A stretch of 63,891 nucleotides of DNA, the filler included, from Mycoplasmatota bacterium (lineage in GTDB: Bacteria > Bacillota_I > Bacilli_A > RF39 > UBA660): assembly GCA_012727915.1 (NCBI GenBank). It is 5 parts of 5 records of this genome, joined end to end, with 100 filler letters (N's around TTAATTAATTAA, not from the genome) between each part and the next. Parts side by side here need not be neighbours in the genome. Positions count along the whole stretch, not along the records: positions 7,547 to 25,677 come from JAAYGD010000056.1; 4 more parts are not named here. The stretch is one strand, 5' to 3'. Positions within the stretch are counted from its first letter, which is position 1. Every line of letters begins with the position of its first letter. Positions 10,455-21,176 of this stretch are shown here, piece after piece. The notes under the pieces are model-generated. The model was given only the letters and a program-made list of their open reading frames with translations. It was not told the DNA's origin and did not search any database. Made by a program: the position numbers and the translations under genes.

Positions 10455-11546
10455 ATGCTTGAAACTGCCTTAGAAGTATTAAATATTATAGAACGACATA
10501 AATTTGAATGCTATTTAGTTGGTGGTTTTGTTAGAGATTTTTATTTGGGCATAGAGAGTAAAGATGTTGATATTTGTACTAATGCTAAATCTAAAGATTT
10601 ATTAGAGTTATTTCCCAATGCAAAAATTCCAAAGGAATTATATGGGGCAGTAACTCTATTTTTTAAAGATGTAAGATTTGAAATTACTACTTTTAGAAAA
10701 GAAATTAAATATGAAAATAGAAAGCCTATTGAAATAGAATATACCAATAGTTTTATAGAAGATGTTAAAAGAAGAGATTTTACAATTAATTCTTTGTGTA
10801 TGAATAGCAAAGGGGAAATAATTGATATATTAAATGGAAAAGAAGATATTGATAAAAAGATTATTAGATGTATTAATGACCCTAATGTATCTTTAAAAGA
10901 AGATCCTTTAAGAATATTAAGAGCAATAAGATTTTCAGCCCAATTGGATTTTGAATTAGATAAAAATTTATATAAAGGAATAAAACAAAATAAAAAGTAT
11001 TTGGATATTCTTTCATATAATAGAATTAAATCAGAGATAAATAAAATATTAGCAAGTAAAAATGTAAAAAAAGGAATTGATTTAATTAGAAAATTATCTT
11101 TAAATAAACAACTTAAATTATATGATTTAAACAAACTATCATATATAAATGATATTATAGGTTATTGGGCGCAAATAGATAAAGAAAATGTTTATGAATA
11201 TACTTCAATTGAGAAAAAGAATATAAAGCAAATACGAGAAATAATGAAAACAAAAAAAATAACTAATTTTGAATTGTATAATTATGGATTATATATTTGT
11301 TTATTAGGAGCTCAAATATTAAATATAGATAAGGAAAAAATAATAAATATGTATAAGGAACTTCCAGTAAAGAGTAAGAACGAAATAAATATAACGGCAG
11401 AGGAAATTTCTACTTTATTAAAAAAAGATTTAGGCTCTTGGTTAAAACCAATTTATGATGATTTAACAAATAAAATATTGAATAAAAAAATAGAAAATGA
11501 TAATGAAATTTTAAAAAAGTATATTAAAGATAAATACATGATATAA
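10455..11546 (+). CDS. cca: CCA-adding tRNA nucleotidyltransferase
   Basis: VGGFVRD, DVDI, RRDFTIN, EDPLRILRAIRF. Confidence 0.93.
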   Translation: MLETALEVLNIIERHKFECYLVGGFVRDFYLGIESKDVDICTNAKSKDLLELFPNAKIPKELYGAVTLFFKDVRFEITTFRKEIKYENRKPIEIEYTNSFIEDVKRRDFTINSLCMNSKGEIIDILNGKEDIDKKIIRCINDPNVSLKEDPLRILRAIRFSAQLDFELDKNLYKGIKQNKKYLDILSYNRIKSEINKILASKNVKKGIDLIRKLSLNKQLKLYDLNKLSYINDIIGYWAQIDKENVYEYTSIEKKNIKQIREIMKTKKITNFELYNYGLYICLLGAQILNIDKEKIINMYKELPVKSKNEINITAEEISTLLKKDLGSWLKPIYDDLTNKILNKKIENDNEILKKYIKDKYMI

Positions 11547-11567
11547 TTGAAATAGGAAGTGATTTCT

Positions 11568-12215
11568 ATGAATAATAATATAATACAAACATTAAAAAAA
11601 AGAAACTATATTGTTCCTTCTTATATATTAGATAATTATAAAGATCTTAATATAAATTATGATGCTTTTATTTTGTTAATTTATTTTATAAATCAGGATG
11701 ATCCAATAGTAGTAAATTATAATAAAATTGCAAAATTATTAAATGCAAATAACAAAGAAATAATGATTTCTATAGAAGAATTAAAAACAAAAAAAATTAT
11801 TGAAATAAATTTAAATGAAAATAAAGATAATAAATATGAGGAAATTATTTCTTTAGAGCCTTTATATAATAAAATTTTTATGGGATTAATAGAGGTAGAA
11901 CAAGAGCAAATAAATCAAGATTTGTTTTCAAAATTTGAAGAAGAATTTGGAAGAACTTTATCTCCTATTGAATATGAGTTAATAAGTGGATGGGAAGAAA
12001 ATGGTTATAGTAAAGAAATAATAGTAGAAGCATTAAGAGAATCAATATTGAATGGTGTTACAAATTTGAAATATATTGATAAAATATTAATAGAATGGGA
12101 TAAAAAGGGGATAAAAAACATTAATCAAATAAAAAAATATAAAGAAAATTATTCAAAAAATAAAAATATTGAAATTCCTGAATTTGATTGGGTTAATGAT
12201 GAAGAAAATAACTGA
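11568..12215 (+). CDS. dnaD: Primosomal protein DnaD
   Basis: FEEEFGRTLSPIEYE, KYIDKILIEW, FDW tail; dnaD-nth order. Confidence 0.9.
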   Translation: MNNNIIQTLKKRNYIVPSYILDNYKDLNINYDAFILLIYFINQDDPIVVNYNKIAKLLNANNKEIMISIEELKTKKIIEINLNENKDNKYEEIISLEPLYNKIFMGLIEVEQEQINQDLFSKFEEEFGRTLSPIEYELISGWEENGYSKEIIVEALRESILNGVTNLKYIDKILIEWDKKGIKNINQIKKYKENYSKNKNIEIPEFDWVNDEENN

Positions 12216-12819
12216 TTATCTTGATTGTTTATTCCCAAATCCAAAGCCAGAATTGTTATATAATAATGATTTTGAATTTTTAATTGCGGTTGTATTAAGT
12301 GCTCAATCTACTGATAAAAAAGTAAATAAGGTAACTAAAGTATTATTTGAAAAATATGATATAAATTCTTTAAAAGATGCTAACATAGATGATATAATAA
12401 ACATAATAAAGCCACTTGGAATGTCTAAAAAGAAAGCTTATTATATAATAGAAATCTCAAAAGATATTATAAATAAATATAACAATAAAATTCCTAATAA
12501 TAGGGATGAATTAATGACTATGAGTGGTGTTGGAAGAAAAACTGCTAATGTTGTTTTGGCACAGCTTTATAATAAACCGTATATTGGTGTTGATACTCAT
12601 ATAAATAGAGTATCAAAGAGATTGGGGTTAGCAAAGGAACAAGATACTGTTTTGATTATAGAAGAAAAATTATATAGAGTATTTCCTAAAGAACTATATA
12701 GTAGACTTCATTTACAAATGGTATTATTTGGAAGGTATTATTGTAAAGCACATAATCCTCAATGTAATGAATGTAAATTAAAAGATATATGTAAATATTA
12801 TGAAAAAAAAGATAAATGA
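12196..12819 (+). CDS. nth: Endonuclease III
   Basis: LSAQSTD, GVGRKTANVV, VDTH, C..P.C..C.L..C Fe-S motif. Confidence 0.95.
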   Translation: MMKKITDYLDCLFPNPKPELLYNNDFEFLIAVVLSAQSTDKKVNKVTKVLFEKYDINSLKDANIDDIINIIKPLGMSKKKAYYIIEISKDIINKYNNKIPNNRDELMTMSGVGRKTANVVLAQLYNKPYIGVDTHINRVSKRLGLAKEQDTVLIIEEKLYRVFPKELYSRLHLQMVLFGRYYCKAHNPQCNECKLKDICKYYEKKDK

Positions 12820-12820
12820 T

Positions 12821-13414
12821 TTATCTTTTTTTAGTTAATTTATTAGTTTCTTTTAAATTTCTCGTATATAATATCAAATTATCATAATCCATTAAATATA
12901 TTTTTGTCCCTATTTGCATATTATATTCATCTTCTATACTATTAAATATATATAAACCTGTCCTTAAATCTACATGAGTAAATTCATTTGCTATTTCGGG
13001 TTTTTCTTCAAATATTTCTTTGTACCAAGTATAATAAGTTCCGTTGAACGTATCTCCTTCTTTCATTTGATAAAATTTCCAATTTAAATCTTTAGGATTT
13101 TCAGCATCTACTGGTGTACAACCATAATGGTCTATATCTTGGATGTTTCCAAGTAATATTTGTTTATCTGGAACTAGTATATGTTCTCCAATATAAATAT
13201 AATCCGGGTATCTTTGATTATACTCTGCTAATTCATCATATAAAGAACCATCTTTAAAATATTTTTCTGCTATCTTAATGAAGGTATCTCCTTTTTTTAC
13301 TTCATGAAATATAGTTGGTCTTGGGGTATAAATTTCTAGTGCATTTGTATTATTATAACTACCAAGTAATATTAAAGATGTAATGGTTAGACTCAATAAT
13401 TTATTTTTACTCAT
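12821..13414 (-). CDS. Secreted LysM-domain protein (one canonical and one divergent LysM)
   Basis: N-term hydrophobic signal; HEVKKGDTFIKIAEKY..IYIGEHILVP; second YQMKEGDTF..MQIGTKIYL. Confidence 0.75.
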   Translation of the reverse strand: MSKNKLLSLTITSLILLGSYNNTNALEIYTPRPTIFHEVKKGDTFIKIAEKYFKDGSLYDELAEYNQRYPDYIYIGEHILVPDKQILLGNIQDIDHYGCTPVDAENPKDLNWKFYQMKEGDTFNGTYYTWYKEIFEEKPEIANEFTHVDLRTGLYIFNSIEDEYNMQIGTKIYLMDYDNLILYTRNLKETNKLTKKR

Positions 13415-13485
13415 TTTATCTCCTTATTTAATTTGTATTATACATCATAGCGAAAAAATATAAAAGAAAAAGTAAACCATAAGAT

Positions 13486-16389
13486 TTACTTAATTTCTAT
13501 TATTTGTTTTATTTTATTTCCTTCAGAATTCTTTATAGATACTCCTTTATATGTAATTGTATATTCAATATTGTAAGTTGCTATAACATTGGTTTTTATT
13601 GGAAATTCACTAGGGAATAATGGTGTTTTTACTAAATTATATGTAATTGTACAATCGTTTGTTACATCTACTCCATTATTGTATATACTTATTAAATCTT
13701 TTAATCCAATATCTGGAGATCCTAGTGTCTTAATTACAGTAGGAGTGTAATTTGCAATAGGTGCTATAATTTCATTAACAAAAGCATAAGAAACTCCTGG
13801 ACTAGAATTTGGTTTAAACTTAGAGAATGCTGTTTTTACTAATAAAGTTAGATTACCTTCTACTTTCGGTTTATCTATTTGAATGCTGTTACTTGTAGTA
13901 GATGCTATAAAGTGTTCTATATTATCTTCACCTCTATAATAAACATCATATCCAATCACTCCCATTTCAACATCTATTTTAGTTTTATGAGTACTTAAAT
14001 ACTTAGCACTACTTGACCCATAGTATGTTTCAAAATGTTGTAACATAAAGTCATCAGTGTAATATAAAGGAGTAGGCGATGGTATCCATGATAAATTAAT
14101 TTTATTTCCAGTAATATCAACATTTAAATTTCTAGCGTTTTCTAGTTGTTGATATCTAGGAGATATTGTTGTTGGTTCTGTACCTTTGCTAAAATATTCT
14201 GTTATTTTCATATTATCTGGAGTATAAGCACTAGGTAATTGAGGAGGAATAGAATTTTTTTCTATTGTTACTGGAACAATATTTTTTGAAAAAGTAAATT
14301 TCTTTGTACTATCTTTTACTATTTCTCTTAATACCATGTTGAATAATCTATGTTTTCTACTGGTATCTGCCGAAGTGTTATACCACTTATTTTTTGATGA
14401 TTCGCTTGTTATTTGGTCATATCCGTACCATACTGCTAATGAATAATCAGGACTATATCCTACAGACCATAAATCATTAATTGGTGATTTAAGATTCCAA
14501 GTCTTAACAAATTTATAATCATAATTTGATGTTCCGGTTTTTACTGCAGTATCATATCCTGGAACATATCCTGAAGTACGACTTAATCCGTCTGTAACTG
14601 ACCATTTTAATATATTGGTTATCATTGATGCTGTTGTATCCTTCATTACTTTATTTTTAATTGGTGCAAATACTTCTTCCTCATCACTTTCGGAATATAC
14701 AATCTTAGTTACGGTATATGGTTTAATATAATATCCACCATTTGCAAAGGCACTATAAGCTGCTGCCAATTCTACTGGATTAGATCCATTGTATGCTCCT
14801 ATTGAATGTGCTTCATGGACATAACCATCTTTTACTTCGGGTTTTAAACCTAAGCTTGTAACAAAATTTAAAATTAATTTATTATCTAATGATTGAAAAG
14901 CTTTTAATGCTGGAATGTTTCTTGATAATCCCAAAGCTTGTTTAAGTGTTATTAACCCCATAAATCTTTCGTCCCAGTTTTTTATAGAAATTCCATTAGA
15001 ATAAGAATGTGGTGCATCTAAGAATGGAGTATATGTAGACCAATTTTCGTATTCTATACCTGGTCCATAATCAAAAAGGGGTTTTGCTGTAGAACCAGGT
15101 TGTCTAGTTATATCTACGGCTCTATTAAAGCCTCTTTCAACTTCAATGTTTCTACCACCACTTATAGCTACTAATGCTCCAGTATGAACATTGGTAACTG
15201 CCATTCCTGTTTGAGTTTTTTCGTTTGGCCAAGTAAATTTTCCACCATCTACTATTTCATTAATTGCGTCTTGTCTTACTGTATCTAAAGTCGAATATAT
15301 TTTCATAGGCATTGTATAAGGACTATATCCTGTTTTTTCTTCTACTTCATTAATTACAATATCAATGAATGATTGATATTTATTTAAACCAACTGTTTTA
15401 TTTTTTAATAGAGAACTTACTGGTATAGCTTTTGCAATTTTTTCTTCATCAGTAGTTATGTATCCATGTCTTCTCATTAAATATAATACTGTATTTCTTC
15501 TACTTTCTATTCTTTCGGGTTTTGACCAAGCATAATCTCCATAATAACTTGGAGATTGAAATAAACCCGCTATGAATGCTGCCTCGGACAAATTAATATC
15601 TTTTACTTCTTTTCCAAAATAATTTTTGGCTGCTTCTGCAACACCATAAGATCTATTTCCTAAATAAGGAGCATTAATATAGAACTCAAATATTTGTTCT
15701 TTAGAATATTTTCTTTCCAAAACAAATATAGACATATATATATCAGTGAACTTTCTTGTTAATGTAACCCTAGTATCAGTAATATTATTTTTTACAACTT
15801 GCATAGTTATAGTAGAAGCACCACCAGCATCTGAGTTTCCCATTACTTGTCCTGTTGCTGCTTTTAAGAATCTAGGTAAATCAAAACCATTATGTTGATA
15901 ATATCTCGCATCTTCTGTCGCCAAAATAGCATCTATTAATACTTCAGGAACATCATCAAATGTAATTTTGTCTCTAATTTCTAGACCTAATTTTGCTACT
16001 ACTTTTCCGTTCATATCATAAACAATACTTGCTTCTTTTTTATATAATGTATTTGGATCAAATTTTGGAGCAGTTGTTACAACATATACTACAAATGTTA
16101 TTCCGCTTACTATCGCTAATATGACTACCACTAAAAATGAATTAAGTAAAATTTTTACTATTTTTTTCTTTTTTTTCTTTGAGAATTTTTTCCTTTTATT
16201 TTTATTTTTAAAAAAATCTATAATCAAAGAACAAATTAATAATACTCCTATAATTATTATTGCTTTTTTAAATCCTATTGCTAGTATTCCTATTACTGAT
16301 AAAATTAATAAAAAAGGCAACATTGCAACAGTAACTCTTTTGCTTGCAATTTTAGCATATTTTTTAAATAATCTTTTAATTGTTTTCAT
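13486..16389 (-). CDS. ponA: Class A penicillin-binding protein 1A
   Basis: EDARYYQHNG, GASTITMQ, transpeptidase GSTAKP, SRN, KTGT; downstream of recU. Confidence 0.95.
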   Translation of the reverse strand: MKTIKRLFKKYAKIASKRVTVAMLPFLLILSVIGILAIGFKKAIIIIGVLLICSLIIDFFKNKNKRKKFSKKKKKKIVKILLNSFLVVVILAIVSGITFVVYVVTTAPKFDPNTLYKKEASIVYDMNGKVVAKLGLEIRDKITFDDVPEVLIDAILATEDARYYQHNGFDLPRFLKAATGQVMGNSDAGGASTITMQVVKNNITDTRVTLTRKFTDIYMSIFVLERKYSKEQIFEFYINAPYLGNRSYGVAEAAKNYFGKEVKDINLSEAAFIAGLFQSPSYYGDYAWSKPERIESRRNTVLYLMRRHGYITTDEEKIAKAIPVSSLLKNKTVGLNKYQSFIDIVINEVEEKTGYSPYTMPMKIYSTLDTVRQDAINEIVDGGKFTWPNEKTQTGMAVTNVHTGALVAISGGRNIEVERGFNRAVDITRQPGSTAKPLFDYGPGIEYENWSTYTPFLDAPHSYSNGISIKNWDERFMGLITLKQALGLSRNIPALKAFQSLDNKLILNFVTSLGLKPEVKDGYVHEAHSIGAYNGSNPVELAAAYSAFANGGYYIKPYTVTKIVYSESDEEEVFAPIKNKVMKDTTASMITNILKWSVTDGLSRTSGYVPGYDTAVKTGTSNYDYKFVKTWNLKSPINDLWSVGYSPDYSLAVWYGYDQITSESSKNKWYNTSADTSRKHRLFNMVLREIVKDSTKKFTFSKNIVPVTIEKNSIPPQLPSAYTPDNMKITEYFSKGTEPTTISPRYQQLENARNLNVDITGNKINLSWIPSPTPLYYTDDFMLQHFETYYGSSSAKYLSTHKTKIDVEMGVIGYDVYYRGEDNIEHFIASTTSNSIQIDKPKVEGNLTLLVKTAFSKFKPNSSPGVSYAFVNEIIAPIANYTPTVIKTLGSPDIGLKDLISIYNNGVDVTNDCTITYNLVKTPLFPSEFPIKTNVIATYNIEYTITYKGVSIKNSEGNKIKQIIEIK

Positions 16390-16954
16390 TATTACCTCCA
16401 AAATATAATATATTGACTATACTTAAATAATCTATTCTTATATTGTAATTATCTTTTATTATATATCCATTTTTTTCAAAAAAATCCAATGGAATTGAAC
16501 TACTATTTAAAGTATTAATAGCGTTTATTAACTTTTCTCCTTCTAGGTAAAAAGTTTTATTTAATTTTTTAAATCTAACTATTATGAAACAAATTGCTCC
16601 ATGTTCAATAACTTTTGCTATATGTTCTAATTGATGTTTGTGAATATTTGAAATGGGAAATCCTTTAGAACTTTGAACTTCTTTAGCCTCAAAATCTATA
16701 TATTTGCCTTTGTAAATACCATTATAGTCAGTAGTTGATGGTTTCTCATAAAATGCTTTTTTGATTTCATGATCATAATTTTTGTATTCGACAGAAACTA
16801 CTTTTATTGGTGTTGGTTTTTTATATATTACTCCAATATTATTATCAAAATAATATTTGTTTGTGATATTTAAATCATTTTCTAATGACATACCTCTATT
16901 AGCGTAATTTATTGTTTTTGAATTGTTTGTCTTTATTTTAGTTGGGTACTTCAT
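16376..16954 (-). CDS. recU: Holliday junction resolvase RecU
   Basis: NRGMSLE, KKPTPI, STTDYNG, DFEAKE, HQ..H. Confidence 0.95.
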   Translation of the reverse strand: MKYPTKIKTNNSKTINYANRGMSLENDLNITNKYYFDNNIGVIYKKPTPIKVVSVEYKNYDHEIKKAFYEKPSTTDYNGIYKGKYIDFEAKEVQSSKGFPISNIHKHQLEHIAKVIEHGAICFIIVRFKKLNKTFYLEGEKLINAINTLNSSSIPLDFFEKNGYIIKDNYNIRIDYLSIVNILYFGGNNENN

Positions 16955-17092
16955 TGATATCACCAAAATAATTATACTACAATTTTTGTACAAAAACTAC
17001 TCAAAAACAAAATTGATGATATAATATAATAGTAATATATTAACAATTGACAATTTAATATGTTTTTGAGAGAATATGAAAGAGGTGAAACT

Positions 17093-17416
17093 ATGTTATT
17101 AGAGGAAATTTCTCTATCCCCGCAAGATATTTTAGAAAAAGAATTTAAAATAGATACTAGGGGATATAGACCACAAGAAGTAGATAGATTTTTAGATTTA
17201 ATTATTGCGGATTATTCCAAACTAATTTCGATGGTAAAGAAATTAAATGATGAAAATAAAGATTTGATGGATGAAATATTAAATTTAAAGAAAGAATTAA
17301 GAAATACAAAAGAAAAATTGGATCTATTAAAAACTTCAGATAAAGAAATTACTAACGTAGATTTACTAAGAAGGATATCACAATTAGAAAAAGTAATATA
17401 TGGTGATAAAGAATAA
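17093..17416 (+). CDS. gpsB: Cell division regulator GpsB (DivIVA domain)
   Basis: DILEKEFK..RGY...EVD.FLD, TN.DLLRRISQLEK.IYG. Confidence 0.9.
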   Translation: MLLEEISLSPQDILEKEFKIDTRGYRPQEVDRFLDLIIADYSKLISMVKKLNDENKDLMDEILNLKKELRNTKEKLDLLKTSDKEITNVDLLRRISQLEKVIYGDKE

Positions 17417-17764
17417 AATACTAACGCAAACGCTGCATACTTGTTATGTAGAGGAAAGTCCATGCTCACACTATTCCTATATGGATAGTAATGTTCGTGC
17501 ATAGGGAAAAAATAACCTGTGATAGTCTAATAGACTAATAGCTTCGAAATAATCTAAGTCGTAAGATATGATTAAATTAGAAATAAAGTGCCATAGTGAC
17601 GATATTGTTTAGAAATAGACAAGGTGGAACGCGGTAAACCTCACGAGTGAGAAACCCAAATTTTGGTAGGGGAGTCTTCATAGGGTAACTGATTGAAGAA
17701 TGCATTAGCATAGATAAATGTTTGCACTCTTAAGAGTACAGAACATGGCTTATTTAGTATTTTT
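17416..17764 (+). ncRNA. rnpB: RNase P RNA, type B
   Basis: GAGGAAAGTCCATGCTC, AAAGTGCCATAGTGACG, GGAACGCGGTAAACC, AAACCCAAATTTTGGTAGGGG, ACAGAACATGGCTTAT; terminal P1 AAATACTAA/TTAGTATTT; follows gpsB. Confidence 0.96.
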
Positions 17765-17790
17765 ATTTTCAATAAGAAAGGACGATTTGC

Positions 17791-18213
17791 TTGAAAGAGA
17801 TAGGAGACTATTTAAAAAATTCTAGAGAAGAAAAGGGGATTTCTATCGAAGAAGCCTCAGAAGATTTAAAATTAGATGTAGTTGTATTAGAACAAATAGA
17901 AGCTGGAAATAAAGCTGTATTTAATGATATATACGAATTGAAATCTTGTGTTAAATCATATTCAAAATATCTTTGTTTAGATACAGATAAAATAATAGAT
18001 GAGTTTAATGAATTTATGTTTGAATATACGTCAAAAATTCCATTAGGAGAAATAGAAAACGCTGAAAAAGATATTACACCAAAAGATAAAAAAGTATGTT
18101 CCCCATATACAATGGAAGAAAGCTTAAAAAGAAATTTAAATAGAAAAAAAATTATAGTTATATCAATTATTTCTATAATATTAATAAGCGCTTTACTATT
18201 AATAATTTTATAA
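17791..18213 (+). CDS. RodZ/YmfM-like HTH protein with C-terminal membrane anchor
   Basis: IGDYLKNSREEKGISIEE HTH, YSKYL.LD, C-term TM; upstream of pgsA; TTG start. Confidence 0.8.
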   Translation: MKEIGDYLKNSREEKGISIEEASEDLKLDVVVLEQIEAGNKAVFNDIYELKSCVKSYSKYLCLDTDKIIDEFNEFMFEYTSKIPLGEIENAEKDITPKDKKVCSPYTMEESLKRNLNRKKIIVISIISIILISALLLIIL

Positions 18214-18222
18214 GGAGTTATT

Positions 18223-18816
18223 ATGAAAATGAATTTACCAAATAAATTAAGTATATCAAGATTGATAATGGCATTTCTTATAGCATTGGTTTTATTGTTC
18301 CCTTTTTATTTGGTTGATATTAACATACCAAAAATACTTGTTAATAATATATTGGTAGTAGATATTAGATATATAATTGCAGGTGTATTATTTATTATAG
18401 CTTCTTTTACCGATTTGTTAGATGGAAGAATTGCTAGGAAAAGGAACTTAGTAACTAATTTTGGAAAGTTCATAGATGCTATTGCAGATAAAGTATTAGT
18501 TAATACTTCATTAATAATACTTTCTGCACAAGGTTTTATTAGCCCGGCTATACCAGTTATTATTATAGCTAGAGATACTATAGTGGATTCAATAAGAATG
18601 ATAGCTTCTTCAAATGGAACCGTTATTCCAGCAGGAAAAGCTGGAAAAATAAAAACTGTTGTAATGATGATTGGCCTATCTTTAACTTTCTTCTATAACT
18701 TACCATTTGAATTATGGAATGTAGATGTTTCTAATGTACTTTTGATAATCGCAGTAGTATTATCTATATATTCTGGAATAGAATATTATTATTTGAACAA
18801 AGATAAATTAGTATAA
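18223..18816 (+). CDS. pgsA: CDP-DAG:glycerol-3-phosphate phosphatidyltransferase
   Basis: NLPNKLS, TDLLDGRIAR..GKFIDAIADK. Confidence 0.95.
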   Translation: MKMNLPNKLSISRLIMAFLIALVLLFPFYLVDINIPKILVNNILVVDIRYIIAGVLFIIASFTDLLDGRIARKRNLVTNFGKFIDAIADKVLVNTSLIILSAQGFISPAIPVIIIARDTIVDSIRMIASSNGTVIPAGKAGKIKTVVMMIGLSLTFFYNLPFELWNVDVSNVLLIIAVVLSIYSGIEYYYLNKDKLV

Positions 18817-18846
18817 AATTAATTAATTGAACAAATAATATAACAA

Positions 18847-18874
18847 TAAAAGTTGATTATAAATCAACTTTTTA
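18847..18874 (+). terminator. Intrinsic terminator after pgsA
   Basis: AAAAGTTGATT-ATA-AATCAACTTTTT. Confidence 0.7.
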
Positions 18875-18905
18875 TTTTTTAGAAAAAATAAGTTTACAAA
18901 ATAAC

Positions 18906-18919
18906 CGAACAAAAGTTCG
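18906..18919. promoter_or_regulatory. LexA/DinR SOS (Cheo) box upstream of recA
   Basis: CGAACAAAAGTTCG matches Gram-positive CGAAC-N4-GTTCG. Confidence 0.9.
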
Positions 18920-18983
18920 AAAAACTATTGCTTTTTATTTTTTCTTATATTATAATTAAAACATAAAATAAATTGGAGGAAAA

Positions 18984-20006
18984 ATGACAAAAGAAAAAGA
19001 TAAAATATTAGACCAAGTATTATCTGATATTGAAAAACAATTTGGAAAAGGTTCTATAATGAAATTGGGTGCAGACAATATTAGAGAAATTGATGCAATA
19101 TCAAGCGGTTCTCTAGCGCTAGATATAGCTTTAGGTGTAGGTGGTTATCCTAAGGGAAGAATTGTAGAAATATATGGGCCAGAGTCTAGTGGAAAGACAA
19201 CTTTTGCATTACACGCTATTGCGGAAGTACAAAAAACAGGAGGAAGAGCAGCTTTCATTGATGCAGAACATGCTCTTGATCCAGTGTATGCATCAAAACT
19301 AGGAGTAGATACTGATGAATTGTTATTATCTCAACCCGATACCGGAGAACAAGCTTTGGAAATATGTGAAGCATTAGTAAGAAGCGAAGCAATTAATATT
19401 GTTGTAATAGATTCTGTAGCTGCACTCGTTCCTCAAGCCGAAATTGAAGGTGAAATGGGAGATAGTCATGTTGGCTTACAAGCTAGATTAATGAGTCAAG
19501 CTTTAAGAAAATTATCTGGAACAATAAGTAAAACAAATACAATAGTAATATTTATAAATCAATTGAGAGAAAAGGTTGGAGTGTTTTTTGGAAATCCAGA
19601 GACAACTCCTGGAGGAAGAGCTCTAAAATTTTATTCTACAATTAGAATAGATGTTAGGAGAGCAGAACAATTAAAACAAGGAGAAAATGTTGTAGGAAAT
19701 AGAACTAATGTAAAAGTAGTTAAAAACAAAGTTGCGCCACCTTTTAAAAATGCATCTTTGGACATAATATATGGAGAAGGTATAAGTAAAGAATCAGAAG
19801 TAATTGATCTTGCAACTGATATAAGTTTATTAGAAAAATCGGGAGCATGGTATTCATACAATGGAGAAAAAATAAGTCAAGGAAAAGAAAACTTAAGACT
19901 TGCTCTTAAAACTAATAGACAACTGTATGAAGAATTAGAAACAAAAATTAGAGAACATTATAATTTTAAGAAAAAAGTTGATAAATCTAAAGAAAATGAC
20001 AAATAG
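18984..20006 (+). CDS. recA: Recombinase A
   Basis: [27 protein letters not shown]. Confidence 0.99.
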   Translation: MTKEKDKILDQVLSDIEKQFGKGSIMKLGADNIREIDAISSGSLALDIALGVGGYPKGRIVEIYGPESSGKTTFALHAIAEVQKTGGRAAFIDAEHALDPVYASKLGVDTDELLLSQPDTGEQALEICEALVRSEAINIVVIDSVAALVPQAEIEGEMGDSHVGLQARLMSQALRKLSGTISKTNTIVIFINQLREKVGVFFGNPETTPGGRALKFYSTIRIDVRRAEQLKQGENVVGNRTNVKVVKNKVAPPFKNASLDIIYGEGISKESEVIDLATDISLLEKSGAWYSYNGEKISQGKENLRLALKTNRQLYEELETKIREHYNFKKKVDKSKENDK

Positions 20007-20016
20007 TCATTTTTTT
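19992..20016 (+). terminator. Terminator after recA
   Basis: AAAATGAC-AAATA-GTCATTTTTTT. Confidence 0.65.
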
Positions 20017-20069
20017 ATTGACTAGTTTATCTTATTGAGTATAATATGCTTAGAAAAAAAGGGGGAAAA

Positions 20070-20321
20070 ATGAATTATACTGGGAAAACGAATTTAAGGT
20101 CATTAAAAGCATCGCGTGATACTTTAAAAAGATTAATATTACCAAAAATAAATGGTGAAGAAGAAAATGTTGATAAGGTTGTTTGTGAAATGTTTAATAA
20201 AAGTTTGGACAAATAATTTAGGGGTTGGATTTTGCCTAATGGTCAAGCCATAAGTCAATATAGGAATGAAAAGGGAAATAGACAAGATCATTCAAAAATA
20301 ATTGACCTTATAACAATATAA
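20070..20321 (+). pseudogene. Small orphan ORF with in-frame TAA
   Basis: TTGACT/TATAAT promoter and GGGGG RBS; 48 codons, TAA at 20214-20216, same frame continues FRGWILPNGQAISQ.. to TAA at 20319-20321. Confidence 0.5.
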
Positions 20322-20405
20322 AATGAATAATATATTCAAAAATATATAAATAATAGAAAAGAGTAGTGATTTGTGATATAATTTTTATATGATTGGAGTG
20401 ATATT

Positions 20406-20948
20406 ATGGAAGATATCTTAAGTTTAATTAAAGAAGAGATGGATGAAGCAATAAAGAATATGGAAAAGCGATTTACTAATGTTAGAGCGGGAAGAGCTAA
20501 CGTTGCCGTGTTAGATGGTGTTATGGTTAATTATTATGGATCTCCTACACCACTTATTCAATTAGCTACCATTTCAATTCCGGAAGCAAGAACTTTAATG
20601 ATAAAACCTTTTGATAAAAATTCTTTATCAGATATAGAAAAAGGTATATTTGAAGCAAATATTGGTTTTACTCCAAATAACAATGGTGAGTCTATTATAT
20701 TATCATTTCCACAATTGACCGAAGAAAAAAGAAAAGAATACGTAAAACAAGTAAAAGAAATGGCTGAAGATGCTAAAATAGTATTAAGAAATATTAGACA
20801 AGATGGAAATGAAGCAATTAAAAAAGAGGAATTTCCTGTGGATGATGAAAAGAGAGGACTTGAAAGAGTTCAAAATCTAATAAATGAATATAATGATAAA
20901 ATAGAAGATTCATTGAAAGAAAAAGAAAAAGAATTGATGACAATTTAA
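20406..20948 (+). CDS. frr: Ribosome recycling factor
   Basis: VRAGRAN, YYGSPTPL, LTEEKRKE, RNIRQD. Confidence 0.97.
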   Translation: MEDILSLIKEEMDEAIKNMEKRFTNVRAGRANVAVLDGVMVNYYGSPTPLIQLATISIPEARTLMIKPFDKNSLSDIEKGIFEANIGFTPNNNGESIILSFPQLTEEKRKEYVKQVKEMAEDAKIVLRNIRQDGNEAIKKEEFPVDDEKRGLERVQNLINEYNDKIEDSLKEKEKELMTI

Positions 20949-20951
20949 TGT

Positions 20952-21165
20952 AAAAACTATGATGTAAGAGTAGTAACAATTAATTATTAAATAGAGAGTT
21001 GATGATTGGTGGAAATCAACAATAGAAATTGTGAATTCACTTATTAGTTTCATATAATAAATATATGACGAATATTCACGTTAAGAAATTAGAGTGCATA
21101 GAAATATTCTATGAATTAAGGTGGTACCACGTAAAAGCGTCCTTATATATAGGATGTTTTTTTTA
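20952..21165 (+). promoter_or_regulatory. T-box riboswitch, Phe specifier
   Basis: Stem I with AGTA, AGAGAG and GGTGGAA; specifier GAA-TTC-A (UUC at 21036-21038); T-box AAGGTGGTACCACG at 21118-21131; terminator GCGTCCT..AGGATGT+T run. Confidence 0.92.
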
Positions 21166-21176
21166 TAGGAGGAATA

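Noticed and set aside
10541..11134. 197-aa minus-strand ORF and similar antisense ORFs inside ligA, recA, pheST, prpC, prsA, the ATPase and the helicase
   Set aside because: Fully overlap well-supported genes on the other strand; expected from codon bias
17212..17502. 96-aa minus-strand ORF
   Set aside because: Antisense to gpsB and rnpB
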